Source of the DNA: Bacteroidota bacterium | Lineage (GTDB): Bacteria > Bacteroidota > Bacteroidia > Bacteroidales > UBA12077 | DNA length: 33,781 nucleotides | Reading direction: 5' to 3' | NCBI GenBank assembly: GCA_051746885.1 | Contig: JBNJFN010000003.1 | Span: 1-33,781 of the forward strand | In this document: positions 1 to 10,476 of the stretch, in pieces | How the letters are laid out: each line of letters starts with the position of its first letter | Position numbering within the stretch: position 1 is the stretch's first letter | Translations under genes and position numbers: made by a program | Notes under the pieces: generated by a model | Databases searched by the model: none | Seen by the model: only the letters and a program-made list of their open reading frames with translations | Told to the model about the DNA's origin: nothing

Positions 1-685
<685 letters not shown>

Positions 686-700
686 AGCTCATATTAGAAA

Positions 701-1660
701 TTAAACAATCAGCTTTCCAAAAAACTGCTTTTTATGTCCCTTATATTTTGAGGTTTCTTCCTTTAAATATTGATAAAATACCTGGGTATGTATATTTAAA
801 TCCCAATCAACTACCTTATTCTCAAATATTCGGGGAATGGGATTTTTTTCCCGTAGCACTATATCATTTTTTGAAGCAAAATCAATTATTTGTTTAATAA
901 CCTGATGTGGCGTTTCACAAAGTTCCCCGTATGATAGAGAAAACATATCTTTTCCATAATAATCCAGGATAATAGAATGAATACGTATAATTTGCCTGGT
1001 TATTTCTTCATAACGATCCCGGGATACATTCTGAATCCCCCCGGGATTCAGGGAGAACCATCTGTTTGGTGAGCTCCTGTATAATGAATAGGCATTGGAA
1101 ACCAAATCCCGGTATAGATGAATAAAAACAGCATTGGGCCAATATTCGCGCAGAAAATCTATACAGAATACGTGACCTATATAACCGGAAATCCATACCA
1201 TTTCCTTCGAAGAGTATCTTTTGGACAATAAGGCTTTCACTTTGTTAAGCCGGCTGGGTTTCAAACGCGAATTATCTGGTTGAAGTCCCTGGCCCATCCA
1301 GTATTTCCAGAATTTCATCCCTTCTGCTTCTCCACACATTCCGGGCACAAAACCCCTTATTGATTGAAAATTAGCCCGTTGTTTGTTACATAACCAGTCA
1401 GATAAAAACGAACCCAACATGGGTGTGCTGAACAAAAGATTTTGCAGGTTGGTTAAATGGACATTATGAAAAGCTTCGATAAGCAATTGATAAAGCAGTG
1501 TCGAACCACTTCGTGGAGGTGCCAGTATAAAAATGGCAGGCAAACTTTTTGATTTATTAAACGCATAAGGCAAACGAAAAGGATAATCCAGAAACCACAA
1601 CGCAGGCGAAACAGCTTGATAGATCCTCCCAATTTTTACCGAAACGCTATACCTGTGCAT
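701..1660 (-). CDS. PAPS-dependent sulfotransferase
   Basis: 5'-PSB loop IFILAPPRSGSTLL and 3'-PB motif FIHLYRDLVSNAYS (R-x7-S). Confidence 0.85.
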   Translation of the reverse strand: MHRYSVSVKIGRIYQAVSPALWFLDYPFRLPYAFNKSKSLPAIFILAPPRSGSTLLYQLLIEAFHNVHLTNLQNLLFSTPMLGSFLSDWLCNKQRANFQSIRGFVPGMCGEAEGMKFWKYWMGQGLQPDNSRLKPSRLNKVKALLSKRYSSKEMVWISGYIGHVFCIDFLREYWPNAVFIHLYRDLVSNAYSLYRSSPNRWFSLNPGGIQNVSRDRYEEITRQIIRIHSIILDYYGKDMFSLSYGELCETPHQVIKQIIDFASKNDIVLREKNPIPRIFENKVVDWDLNIHTQVFYQYLKEETSKYKGHKKQFFGKLIV

Positions 1661-1664
1661 ATAA

Positions 1665-2513
1665 TCATGAATTGCGTTTTATATATTCCTGAGCCAACAA
1701 AGTGTAGAATTTTCCAAAAGGCTTTAATGGCAGCTTCCCTGTGAAGCTCCTGAATGGGTATGCAAGTTGAACAGCATGATGTAGAATGGATCGGTAACAA
1801 ACATTCAGTTTGCAGTAAGCCCTTCTGAAATGAAAGTGTTCAATCAGAAAGTTATGAACATTCGTATCATGGGATATGCTTCTGGCGCCGTTCGTCATAT
1901 ACCTGATTCCTCTCTTACCCAGATAATGTTCGATTAGTGTATAAAGCAATGCATAACCCGAATAATCTTTTAAATAAAAAGGATGAAATTTCAAAACGCT
2001 CGTATTGATAACATCTTCTATTTTTCTGATCTCAGCATAAGCAACCAAGTCATTATTCTGATAAACACCCCAGAAATCATATTGATCTGAATCCAATTCA
2101 TCCAGCCTTTGCAAAAATTTATCGCGGTCTAATGGTCTGAAGCTATTATGATATCTCGAAAAAGCCTTCTTATAGACTGAAAAGCCCTGCTTTGTCAATT
2201 CATTTTTCCCAATTTGCCGGACAAGATTATTTTTTAGTCCTCTTCTTACTTTGCTTCGGGTATTCCGGCTGAATTCCCAAAAGCCTGTATAATTGTCCTT
2301 GATGATGTACCAGAATGCTGATGTTTCGTTTTTATCCCACTGGGAGGGCCACCTGATCAACCAGGCATTAGTGCGATGAAATAGTTCATGGCAATCTTCT
2401 TCACTCAGGGAAATTTCCCGATGGGGAGGTCCGGCCGGCATAAGGGTATTCCGATACAGTTCCCAATGAATGTTATTGAATTCAAACGTTGTATTTCTTT
2501 CCTTGCCGGACAT
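1665..2513 (-). CDS. Hypothetical protein, probable FemABX/GNAT-like acyl- or aminoacyl-transferase
   Basis: FSRNTRSKVRRGLK resembles the basic helix of FemAB-like proteins; GNAT-like stretch FWGVYQNNDLVAYAEI...YSGYALLYTLIEHY; located in a glycan locus. Confidence 0.55.
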   Translation of the reverse strand: MSGKERNTTFEFNNIHWELYRNTLMPAGPPHREISLSEEDCHELFHRTNAWLIRWPSQWDKNETSAFWYIIKDNYTGFWEFSRNTRSKVRRGLKNNLVRQIGKNELTKQGFSVYKKAFSRYHNSFRPLDRDKFLQRLDELDSDQYDFWGVYQNNDLVAYAEIRKIEDVINTSVLKFHPFYLKDYSGYALLYTLIEHYLGKRGIRYMTNGARSISHDTNVHNFLIEHFHFRRAYCKLNVCYRSILHHAVQLAYPFRSFTGKLPLKPFGKFYTLLAQEYIKRNS

Positions 2514-3617
2514 TTACCTTAATACCTGGTTATAGATTCTGAGCATGCTGTTGATACTGCTATGGAAACTATAAAGTTGTTCCACATGATTGCGGGCATT
2601 TTTCCCTAGTTCCTCCCTTAATCGGTCATCATGAATAAGCCTGTGGATGGCTTCGGCAGGTTTTAAAACTTCATTATCAGGAACCACTATGCCCGTATCA
2701 TTGTCTTTAACAATCTCAGTAAATCCCGAGACATTGCTTACCACCACCGGTATCTGACACGCCCCGGCTTCCAGTACAGAGACGCCAAAACTTTCATTGC
2801 AAACGGAGAGGGCAACAAACACATCCATTCTGTTGATATAATAAGGCACATCATCCGGTTCCACATCTCCGGCAAACTCCACCTTCTTGCTTATCCCAAG
2901 CTTATTGGCTAAATTTTCAAGATTTTTTCTCTCAGTGCCTTGTCCCACAACTAAAAGCTTTAAGTCTAAGCTAGGATTCCAATCAACTATTTTTTTAAAG
3001 GCTTTTATAAGCAAATCAATTCCGTAAATTTTCTTTAAATGTTTTACCGTTCCGATCACAAAAGTGTTTTCATCGTTTTTTACAGGAATTGATCGAAAAG
3101 TATCGGTATCAATCCCAAAGGGCGTAATTTCTACAGGTTTTTGAGTGAAGTTTTTTATCTGATTGAGCATATTATTGCTTGTCGAAAGTATGGCATCAGC
3201 CTGGTTTAATGCATACTTCACCAATGTCCGGTTAATCCACGAACGGTTTGGAAATCTGTATATATCCGATCCCCATATGGAAACCACATAAGGATGAAAA
3301 CCGGTAAGAGCTCCCAGTACACCATAACTACTAATATAGTGAGAATGAAGAATATCAGGCTGAAAAGATTGGATAGCCCGCTTTATCGCAGGCAATATTC
3401 TTAAATAAATGATTTTCACAAACCGGGGATTTTTCTGCATTACAAACCGATTGCTTAATCCCAGGCTTTGAAACTCTATATTGGGATAATCTGCAAACAA
3501 ATCCCCTGAAACTTTATTCAGGCTCAACAAATATACCTGAAGGCCCTTAAATGCGAGGGATTTGACCCATTTAACTGTGTGAACGCTTCCCGGATTTCCT
3601 AACAACAGTACTTTCAT
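2514..3617 (-). CDS. Glycosyltransferase family 4
   Basis: PDILHSHY, GSDI, PFGID and ESFGVSVLEA (E-x7-E) motifs; GT-B layout. Confidence 0.92.
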   Translation of the reverse strand: MKVLLLGNPGSVHTVKWVKSLAFKGLQVYLLSLNKVSGDLFADYPNIEFQSLGLSNRFVMQKNPRFVKIIYLRILPAIKRAIQSFQPDILHSHYISSYGVLGALTGFHPYVVSIWGSDIYRFPNRSWINRTLVKYALNQADAILSTSNNMLNQIKNFTQKPVEITPFGIDTDTFRSIPVKNDENTFVIGTVKHLKKIYGIDLLIKAFKKIVDWNPSLDLKLLVVGQGTERKNLENLANKLGISKKVEFAGDVEPDDVPYYINRMDVFVALSVCNESFGVSVLEAGACQIPVVVSNVSGFTEIVKDNDTGIVVPDNEVLKPAEAIHRLIHDDRLREELGKNARNHVEQLYSFHSSINSMLRIYNQVLR

Positions 3618-4780
3618 TGACTAATAATATCTCTTGCCTTTTGCCCCCAGTTAAAAGTTAATGCCTGCTTTCGCTTCCTGCATTTCTGCCGAATATCCTC
3701 CAAACGATTATTTTCAATGATAGATTGAAGTTTTTCTGCCAGATCCCTCTCGCACAGCTTAAACATCAATTCCGGATAAAACAAAATTTCCGGTATTCCT
3801 CCTGCCTCTGATCCAATTACAGGAATTTCCAGAAAAAGGGCTTCCAAAATTACATTAGGGAAAGAATCTGTGAGTGAAGGTACAATCAGCAGATCATAAT
3901 TGGGTAAAGACTTCATAGGCTGATCTATCCAACCTAAGAATTGGATCTGGCTGTAACTCTTATAAATGCTTTCATAATCAAATTTTAAACTACCCTCACC
4001 AATCACATCCAGCTCTACCGGATATCCTTTATCAAACAAATACCGCACAGCCTCTAAAAGCAGATGTAATCCTTTTATTCGATTATTTATGGCTCCTACA
4101 AAAACAAAATTATAACCATTCCCCCGATGAAGGGATTTTTGCCTGATATAACCGGAATAGCGAAGTATCCAGCTGGCATTCACATTATTGTATAATATGT
4201 AAGATTTTTCTTCCAGTTTTTCCCAGATACCGGGATGCCTCCGTTTTAAAACACTTTTGGCATAATTGCTCTGTAAAATGATCTTTTGGGATTTGTTTAA
4301 GGTGTATCTTTCTATCCATTTAAATAGCACCAACTTTAATCCCTTCAAGCGGTTTCCGATTCTCTGTTCATTTTGGACCCGAAAATGCATATTTTGCAGA
4401 ACATCCTCCCTAACGAACAAATTGATGTTTTTTAGTCCCGCTAAAATAGCTTGAATGGCATAGGGGACCGAAAACAAGACTAAACCATCTGTATTAATTT
4501 GCTTTACGATGCGGAACGATTTACGGTTGAAGAGAAAATTGAGCAGGCCATTAGGTAAAATCTTTGATCGGTAGGTTTTTATTGGTATGTGATGAAGGTT
4601 GGAATGATGTTGTAAATTAACATTTTCAGGTGCTAAAAGATATACTTCATCTCCTGCCTCAAGAAAATATTTCAGCATTTCCCGATATCGCCTGGTTCCA
4701 CCTGTTAAAGGAGTAAGAAAATAATCCCCGGCCGTATAGAAAACAAATGTTCTTTTTACCGGTTTATCAACTGATCCCAT
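3614..4780 (-). CDS. Glycosyltransferase family 4
   Basis: GGTRR, KGLHLLLEA, PSLTDSFPNVILEA and GGIPEI motifs; 4-nt overlap with the next gene. Confidence 0.9.
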   Translation of the reverse strand: MGSVDKPVKRTFVFYTAGDYFLTPLTGGTRRYREMLKYFLEAGDEVYLLAPENVNLQHHSNLHHIPIKTYRSKILPNGLLNFLFNRKSFRIVKQINTDGLVLFSVPYAIQAILAGLKNINLFVREDVLQNMHFRVQNEQRIGNRLKGLKLVLFKWIERYTLNKSQKIILQSNYAKSVLKRRHPGIWEKLEEKSYILYNNVNASWILRYSGYIRQKSLHRGNGYNFVFVGAINNRIKGLHLLLEAVRYLFDKGYPVELDVIGEGSLKFDYESIYKSYSQIQFLGWIDQPMKSLPNYDLLIVPSLTDSFPNVILEALFLEIPVIGSEAGGIPEILFYPELMFKLCERDLAEKLQSIIENNRLEDIRQKCRKRKQALTFNWGQKARDIISQ

Positions 4781-4796
4781 AACCTTTTATATCCCG

Positions 4797-5780
4797 TTAT
4801 GCGTAACCAAATTTTCTAAATTTCCCTTTTTTGAAAGAAAAGTAATTCCAATTACTCATTACAAGCACATTATAGAAAACATAATATTTTAAAAGCCAAT
4901 AAATAAAAATCAACTTTTGCAACATAGGCAATCTGCCCGTAGAGTAAAATTTTAATCCCTTATTCATAAGTTCTCTTCTCAAAGCAGTTTGAAGAAAAAC
5001 AATTCTGTGGGTCTCCAGCTCATTTTTCCATCCTGCGGTACGTGAGGAATTATAATTACCTCCGAGATTTTGATGCAAATGCCTTTGTTGCTCAGGAATG
5101 CGGGAATAATAACTCTCTTTCCTATCCTTTTTAGTAGATTTTAATTGGAGAAAATTCAGAATTTTTTCCAATTCTTTAGCTTTACATTCTACCAGATCTT
5201 CGTAATTGATTGTATAAAAAAAAGCCTCATAGTTCGTATGACGAATAATTTTCTGCATCCTTTTATAGGTCAAGGCAAATTTTACAATTCCCTCATTCAT
5301 CAATTTTTCTGAAATACTATTGATGCTTTTTTTCTGGGAATTGTATATGGCTCTGGGATCACGATCAATAAACAGAAATAACGCATCGGGAAATTCTGCT
5401 CTTACCTTATCGATGAGTAAACAATAATTACCCTGTTTATGAATTACCATTTCGGGTAGATTTTCTGCAAAATACAAATAATGAATAATATGCAGTATAT
5501 CGCCAAATCGTAACGGGAAAGAGCAACTTTCCAGAATGGCCTTTTTTAATTCGGCTTTACTAATACCCCACGCCTGAAATTTTTTGTCGCGGTAAATTTC
5601 CTTGAGATAATTGGCAAGTGCTTTGCTATCTTTAATCTTCAACGGTTTCCCCCTTTTTATCCCATCGGGGAGATTTTCTTCGAGGGTAACCCCAATTAAT
5701 CCATACTGATCCAGTTCACTGGCCAGCAAAGTTGAACCGGAACGTGCCAGGTATGTTAAAAAACAAATTCGGTGATTCAT
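4797..5780 (-). CDS. PAPS-dependent sulfotransferase
   Basis: YLARSGSTLL (5'-PSB), FIDRDPRAIYNS (3'-PB), INYEDLV and GWK motifs. ATG at 5780 preferred over the ORF-track TTG at 5783. Confidence 0.85.
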   Translation of the reverse strand: MNHRICFLTYLARSGSTLLASELDQYGLIGVTLEENLPDGIKRGKPLKIKDSKALANYLKEIYRDKKFQAWGISKAELKKAILESCSFPLRFGDILHIIHYLYFAENLPEMVIHKQGNYCLLIDKVRAEFPDALFLFIDRDPRAIYNSQKKSINSISEKLMNEGIVKFALTYKRMQKIIRHTNYEAFFYTINYEDLVECKAKELEKILNFLQLKSTKKDRKESYYSRIPEQQRHLHQNLGGNYNSSRTAGWKNELETHRIVFLQTALRRELMNKGLKFYSTGRLPMLQKLIFIYWLLKYYVFYNVLVMSNWNYFSFKKGKFRKFGYA

Positions 5781-5783
5781 CAA

Positions 5784-6815
5784 CTATTTAATGTGAGAAT
5801 AATATAATAGTCGATTGGCAAGGTAGTGGGTAACCTTATATTCTGAAACATGCATGGGTTTCCAGACAGGAGCCTTTGATTTTTCCAAATGAAAGTAACG
5901 TTCAATAAACGGGGCAAAAAATCTATTTAAAAAGCGTATCTCCACTTTACTGATCTCTTCTTTCCATTGATTCAGGGGCCGTTTATCTATACCAATCAAA
6001 TCAGAATAATGCCAACTGTTCCCCTGCCACAATCTACTCTGCAGGGTTGGCTTCAATACGACCGGGTCGAATTGAATTCCCAGAAATTCAGATAATTTTT
6101 CCATCTCTCTTTTGTTGTCTTGTAACAGATCATCATAGATCAATATATAAAAACGGGAGGGAAATAAACGCGAATATTTCTCCATAAAATAATAGGAATG
6201 CTTCATTCTGGAGATCTCATAACCAATGTAGGGATAAGGATTCCGAATAGTTGAAAGGTTCATGCCCTCATATTTTTGTCCTTTATTCCGGCGGGTATGC
6301 GTGCGTAGCGATTTCACCGCAGAAACATAATGCGCATAAGGATTACGAAGTACATAGATAAACCTTAAGTCAGGAAACCAATTCAGCAGCTCAGGGAAAA
6401 ATTCTGTTTCCAGAACGGTTTTGGAAACAAAACGCAATTGATGGAAAGAAGAATCTTTTCCCAATGCATAACAAAATGCCCTGAATAAATTTTTATAAAC
6501 TTTTTTATAACTATCTGTTGAAGAATGCTGTATGCAATCAATAAATTTTCCGTAATCAAACTGCGGTAGATAATATTCTGTGTTTTCGCGGGTTAATCGC
6601 TTAACGAAATGATTTTCTGCAATCTTTTTAATTAATTCCCTGGGATTACTTAGCCTGGCCTGCTTGTCTTTTACCAGAGAAGAATGATGAGAATATCCAA
6701 AAAGATGGAGTTCATTCGGAGGATACACAAAAAGCTCCGGGTGACTGTCAAGTAAATGCTTTAACAGGGAAGTACCTGATTTACGCAAACCGGATATGAA
6801 TATCGGGGCTTTCAT
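5784..6815 (-). CDS. PAPS-dependent sulfotransferase
   Basis: PIFISGLRKSGTSLLKHLLDSHPE, YVLRNPYAHYVS, YDDLL and QWK motifs. ATG at 6815 lies 2 nt past the wzx stop; the ORF-track start at 6911 overlaps wzx. Confidence 0.88.
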   Translation of the reverse strand: MKAPIFISGLRKSGTSLLKHLLDSHPELFVYPPNELHLFGYSHHSSLVKDKQARLSNPRELIKKIAENHFVKRLTRENTEYYLPQFDYGKFIDCIQHSSTDSYKKVYKNLFRAFCYALGKDSSFHQLRFVSKTVLETEFFPELLNWFPDLRFIYVLRNPYAHYVSAVKSLRTHTRRNKGQKYEGMNLSTIRNPYPYIGYEISRMKHSYYFMEKYSRLFPSRFYILIYDDLLQDNKREMEKLSEFLGIQFDPVVLKPTLQSRLWQGNSWHYSDLIGIDKRPLNQWKEEISKVEIRFLNRFFAPFIERYFHLEKSKAPVWKPMHVSEYKVTHYLANRLLYYSHIK

Positions 6816-6817
6816 AT

Positions 6818-8260
6818 CTATCGGATGTAATTTAAAACCTGCCGGTTTATCCGGTTGAATTGTCGATACAAATAATCTTTCTCCTCCTTTTTTAGAAAAT
6901 AAAACACGCAATAAAAAGCATACAATAGAATCATGAGTTGCTTAATATATATATGCGCAAGCGCTTCACCCAAGAGCAAAAAGGCAATGAAAATAAAAAA
7001 ACTGAAACCCAATTTTGAATAAGCATAACTTATTTCGGTTTTTATAGATAACAAATAGAAAACCAATGCAGGCTTTAATAGAAAGGTGGTGCTGGTAGCA
7101 ATTGCAGCGCCATACAGACCATATCTGGGGATTAATATAACATTTAAAACCACATTCAAGGCGAGGAGCGCCCAGTTAACCTTTGCACTTACCGAAGGTA
7201 TCCCCTTGGCCGAGAAAATCGTACCCGTCGAAGAAACAATTGCCTTCGGAACAATCCCTATAAACAATATTAACAAAAAAGGCACAGCTTCAAGATAATA
7301 GGAAGGCAATAGCCGGTCAATGATATATTCAGCATTGAAGAGAAATATCATGGAAGATGTGGTGATAAAAAGAAATGAAAAATCGATGGAATAACGAAAA
7401 AGCCTGTTCAGAGCAAGTGTGGAACGATCTGTAAAAGCCTTTGTAAATCTGGGATAGGTAACCCGGGAAAAACTACTTCCAAAAAGTAAAAAGAAAAGAG
7501 AAAATTTGAGGGCATAATTGTATACGGCTACCGTGGATTGATCTAAATAATGGGCTACAAAGAGCATGTCCACGCGTTTGTCAAGCAAAACAGCAAGAGA
7601 ACCGATAAAAATGACGCTGCTAAACTTTATCAGCCTGGAAGCCTTTCGATAAGTTTCCTTATTGACCAATATTCCGAAGCGTTTTAAGGCAATTGTTGAG
7701 GCAAGTATCAATCCCAAAGTTTCCCCGCTATATAATCCGTAAAACACTCCTTTAAGGTCATAACCCAAATATACCAGCATAATGGCCACAACTGTCTGAA
7801 CCGCACCCGCACTTAAATTGATGTAGGTTAATTTTTTAAACTCCATCTCACTCTGAAGGATATGGAGAAAAAAACTCCGCAGCATCATGAGGGGTATAAG
7901 AATCACGGCCAGATTCATAATATATCTGGCCTCCGCTATATTGAATATTTGGACTATAGAACCTCTTAAGGCCAGAAACATCAAAACCCCAACCAACGAG
8001 AAAGACAAAATAAACACCAGCCCTGCTGTAAAATAATTGTTTCTGTACTCCTGTTCACTTTTATCGTTGAGCTTCTGTATGATGCCATTCCCGATATTAA
8101 AGGAGAGTATATTTGCAAAATAAGCAATTACCAAAACCACAGTAACATACAATCCCAAATCATGAGGCAACAGGATATTCCCCAGAATGATGGAAAATAT
8201 AAAGGAAAAACCCCTGTTTAACACTGTATTTAAAAAACTCCAAATGAACTGCTTCACCAA
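6818..8260 (-). CDS. wzx: Wzx-type oligosaccharide flippase (MOP/PST family)
   Basis: 480 aa, hydrophobic throughout with many TM segments; LLPHDLGLY, RVDMLFV, VAVYNYA and LIPRYGLYGAAIAT motifs; TTG or GTG start. Confidence 0.9.
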   Translation of the reverse strand: MVKQFIWSFLNTVLNRGFSFIFSIILGNILLPHDLGLYVTVVLVIAYFANILSFNIGNGIIQKLNDKSEQEYRNNYFTAGLVFILSFSLVGVLMFLALRGSIVQIFNIAEARYIMNLAVILIPLMMLRSFFLHILQSEMEFKKLTYINLSAGAVQTVVAIMLVYLGYDLKGVFYGLYSGETLGLILASTIALKRFGILVNKETYRKASRLIKFSSVIFIGSLAVLLDKRVDMLFVAHYLDQSTVAVYNYALKFSLFFLLFGSSFSRVTYPRFTKAFTDRSTLALNRLFRYSIDFSFLFITTSSMIFLFNAEYIIDRLLPSYYLEAVPFLLILFIGIVPKAIVSSTGTIFSAKGIPSVSAKVNWALLALNVVLNVILIPRYGLYGAAIATSTTFLLKPALVFYLLSIKTEISYAYSKLGFSFFIFIAFLLLGEALAHIYIKQLMILLYAFYCVFYFLKKEEKDYLYRQFNRINRQVLNYIR

Positions 8261-9415
8261 TCAGGATTCAAGTGTTCGTTTCAGTATCCCGATAAGCTCA
8301 TCGATGCGGTTTTCCCAATGAAGGTACTTTTTAACCCATAAAATAGCTATATTATGAAGAACTCGGCGTTCATCAGAAGACTGATTAAAAATCTCTACCA
8401 TACAATCATAGATTTGCTCCTCATTAAATGCTGACCATACAGGGCATTCCGTTCCATATGCTTCTACGAATTCCTGTGAATTCGTTTCGGTACTTGAAAC
8501 GACGGGTTTACCAAATGCAAGGGCTTCGCGCTGTATTCCACTAAGCGTATTCAAGTTATGGGTAAACTGGTCAAAAACTGCAACACGATCAAGTGCCATA
8601 TAGGCATGCAAATCGGGTAACGACAAATGATCAATGAATTCCACATATTCTTCCATGCCAAGTTTTTGAACCATTTCTTTGTACTGATTCACATGTCTGC
8701 CATGTAAACCACTTATCATGGATATTTGCTTTTCAGGGTAATCGTGCCTAAACTTTTTAAATGCACGAAGCAGTTTATCATTCCCTTTATAATCTATTCT
8801 AGCGGGATCCAGATTTTTTCTCGTAGGATGAAATACAATACCATCCAAACTGCTATATCTGTTTTTCAATTCATTCTTTAAATTGTGATTTACATTTTCC
8901 TGCAATTGATAGACATCTACCAAAAAGGGAAAACGAATGATCTTATTTCTCTGCCCCAGCAATTTCGAAGCCCATACAATATCTTCCTGTTCGGTAATAA
9001 TTCTGTTTACATTATGAATGCGCTTTCTGAACAGCCAGGAATGGATTTCCTGTTTGAGGGATTTACTGCCAAATGGAAGCCTTGTCATATCTCCACCAAC
9101 CGGAAAAATGACAACAGGCTTACTTAAGATTAACGAGGGAATTATATATTCTCCTGCGGTCATGATCAAATCAAACTTTCCGGCCAGTTTCCTGAGTTGG
9201 AATCCCGGATAGATGTAAGGAAGGAAAAAATCAGAAAATTTTACAATCCAGCCTGGATAGTCATTTTGTAGATGAACATCCTCCCATTCCGGCAAATTTC
9301 TTTGTCCCCGAACCTGGGACGGGATCGCCAAAACAGCTTCCAGATTCCTTTTTCTCAACCATCTGACAATTCTGTATCCGGTATTTCCAGGGTTTCCGAC
9401 GAACAATATCCGCAT
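8261..9415 (-). CDS. Glycosyltransferase (divergent GT4-like, GT-B fold)
   Basis: MRILFVG start, GGDM, KGNDKLLRAF and REALAFGKPVVS motifs. Confidence 0.78.
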   Translation of the reverse strand: MRILFVGNPGNTGYRIVRWLRKRNLEAVLAIPSQVRGQRNLPEWEDVHLQNDYPGWIVKFSDFFLPYIYPGFQLRKLAGKFDLIMTAGEYIIPSLILSKPVVIFPVGGDMTRLPFGSKSLKQEIHSWLFRKRIHNVNRIITEQEDIVWASKLLGQRNKIIRFPFLVDVYQLQENVNHNLKNELKNRYSSLDGIVFHPTRKNLDPARIDYKGNDKLLRAFKKFRHDYPEKQISMISGLHGRHVNQYKEMVQKLGMEEYVEFIDHLSLPDLHAYMALDRVAVFDQFTHNLNTLSGIQREALAFGKPVVSSTETNSQEFVEAYGTECPVWSAFNEEQIYDCMVEIFNQSSDERRVLHNIAILWVKKYLHWENRIDELIGILKRTLES

Positions 9416-9432
9416 GCTGCTGGATAAAATAT

Positions 9433-10467
9433 CTAAGTGCTTAATTTATTAAAAGGCAGGAGGTAACAATACGGAAATTCCTTTTTGATAACTTCTTCAG
9501 AACAGGAAAACAAATGATCATCATAAACCTTAATATAATAATAATAAGGAATATTCACTGCATTCCACTGTCTCTTAAAACGGTATACTCCATGCTGATC
9601 CAAATGCGTGCCACCCCAATTCCAGTAGAAATATCCCCTTCTGGCAGCATCCTTCATGGCTTCGTAGATTAGCAGGCTTAAAGGCTGAATGGAGCGATAT
9701 TCCTTTACGATTGCAGGAATATAATATTCCACTGTCCGGTTAAAATAGAAAAGCAAAAGACCAGCGACAGGCCGGGAATCTTTATAGGCCATCCACAAAT
9801 TATAATCCTGACCCCTTCTGAAATGGTCCATCACCAAATGAAAAAAGGATTCGGGCTTTTTCTTTCCGTTGATTTCATCCATATGTTTATAATGGGCTTC
9901 TTTAAGAAAATCAAAAGCATTTTTTTCATTTTTGATTTCCACCTCAACGAAATTTTTTATGGCCTTTCGAATCATCCGCCGGGTAAAGGAACCAAAATGA
10001 TCAATAGCATTCTCCGGTCTCTTTTCGGAAAATATCCGAATATCGCTTATATGACCTATTCTTTTGTCCAGGTAATCATAATCCATATTCAATCCCTGAT
10101 CCTTTGCCAAAGGACTGCTGATCATTGTGGCTGAAAGACAGTTCTTATTTTTACCCAGTTCAAAAAACTCATTAACCAACGATTGGCTTACCTCCCGGTT
10201 TCCGTTAAATTCAATTACCCCGCCATTACTACCAAAAAATGCAAGGGAATTGAGACACGTGCCTATCTTTCCGCGACACAAAACAGAAGGTAAAGCTCCA
10301 AGGATTCTGCCTGCCTCCACAGCTATCAGATAATAATCCTCAACGGAAAGCAAACGTTTTAAGAACTTTCGAAAACCATTCGAATAATAGAAAAGGGTAT
10401 TCTCCCTTTCTTTTAAAAACGTTTCATAGGCAGGCTCCCACCGGGATGTAAGAAATTCCACTTTCAT
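9433..10467 (-). CDS. FemAB-related GNAT-fold transferase
   Basis: TRRMIRKAIK, KKPESFF, PLSLLIYEAMKDA and WNWGGT...GVYRFKRQW motifs typical of FemABX-like proteins. Confidence 0.8.
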   Translation of the reverse strand: MKVEFLTSRWEPAYETFLKERENTLFYYSNGFRKFLKRLLSVEDYYLIAVEAGRILGALPSVLCRGKIGTCLNSLAFFGSNGGVIEFNGNREVSQSLVNEFFELGKNKNCLSATMISSPLAKDQGLNMDYDYLDKRIGHISDIRIFSEKRPENAIDHFGSFTRRMIRKAIKNFVEVEIKNEKNAFDFLKEAHYKHMDEINGKKKPESFFHLVMDHFRRGQDYNLWMAYKDSRPVAGLLLFYFNRTVEYYIPAIVKEYRSIQPLSLLIYEAMKDAARRGYFYWNWGGTHLDQHGVYRFKRQWNAVNIPYYYYIKVYDDHLFSCSEEVIKKEFPYCYLLPFNKLST

Positions 10468-10476
10468 CCGGAAGTA

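Noticed and set aside
5216-5223. A8 tract in a sulfotransferase, and other 7-8 nt homopolymers, as phase-variation sites
   Set aside because: Short A/T runs are frequent in this AT-rich DNA and all reading frames are intact
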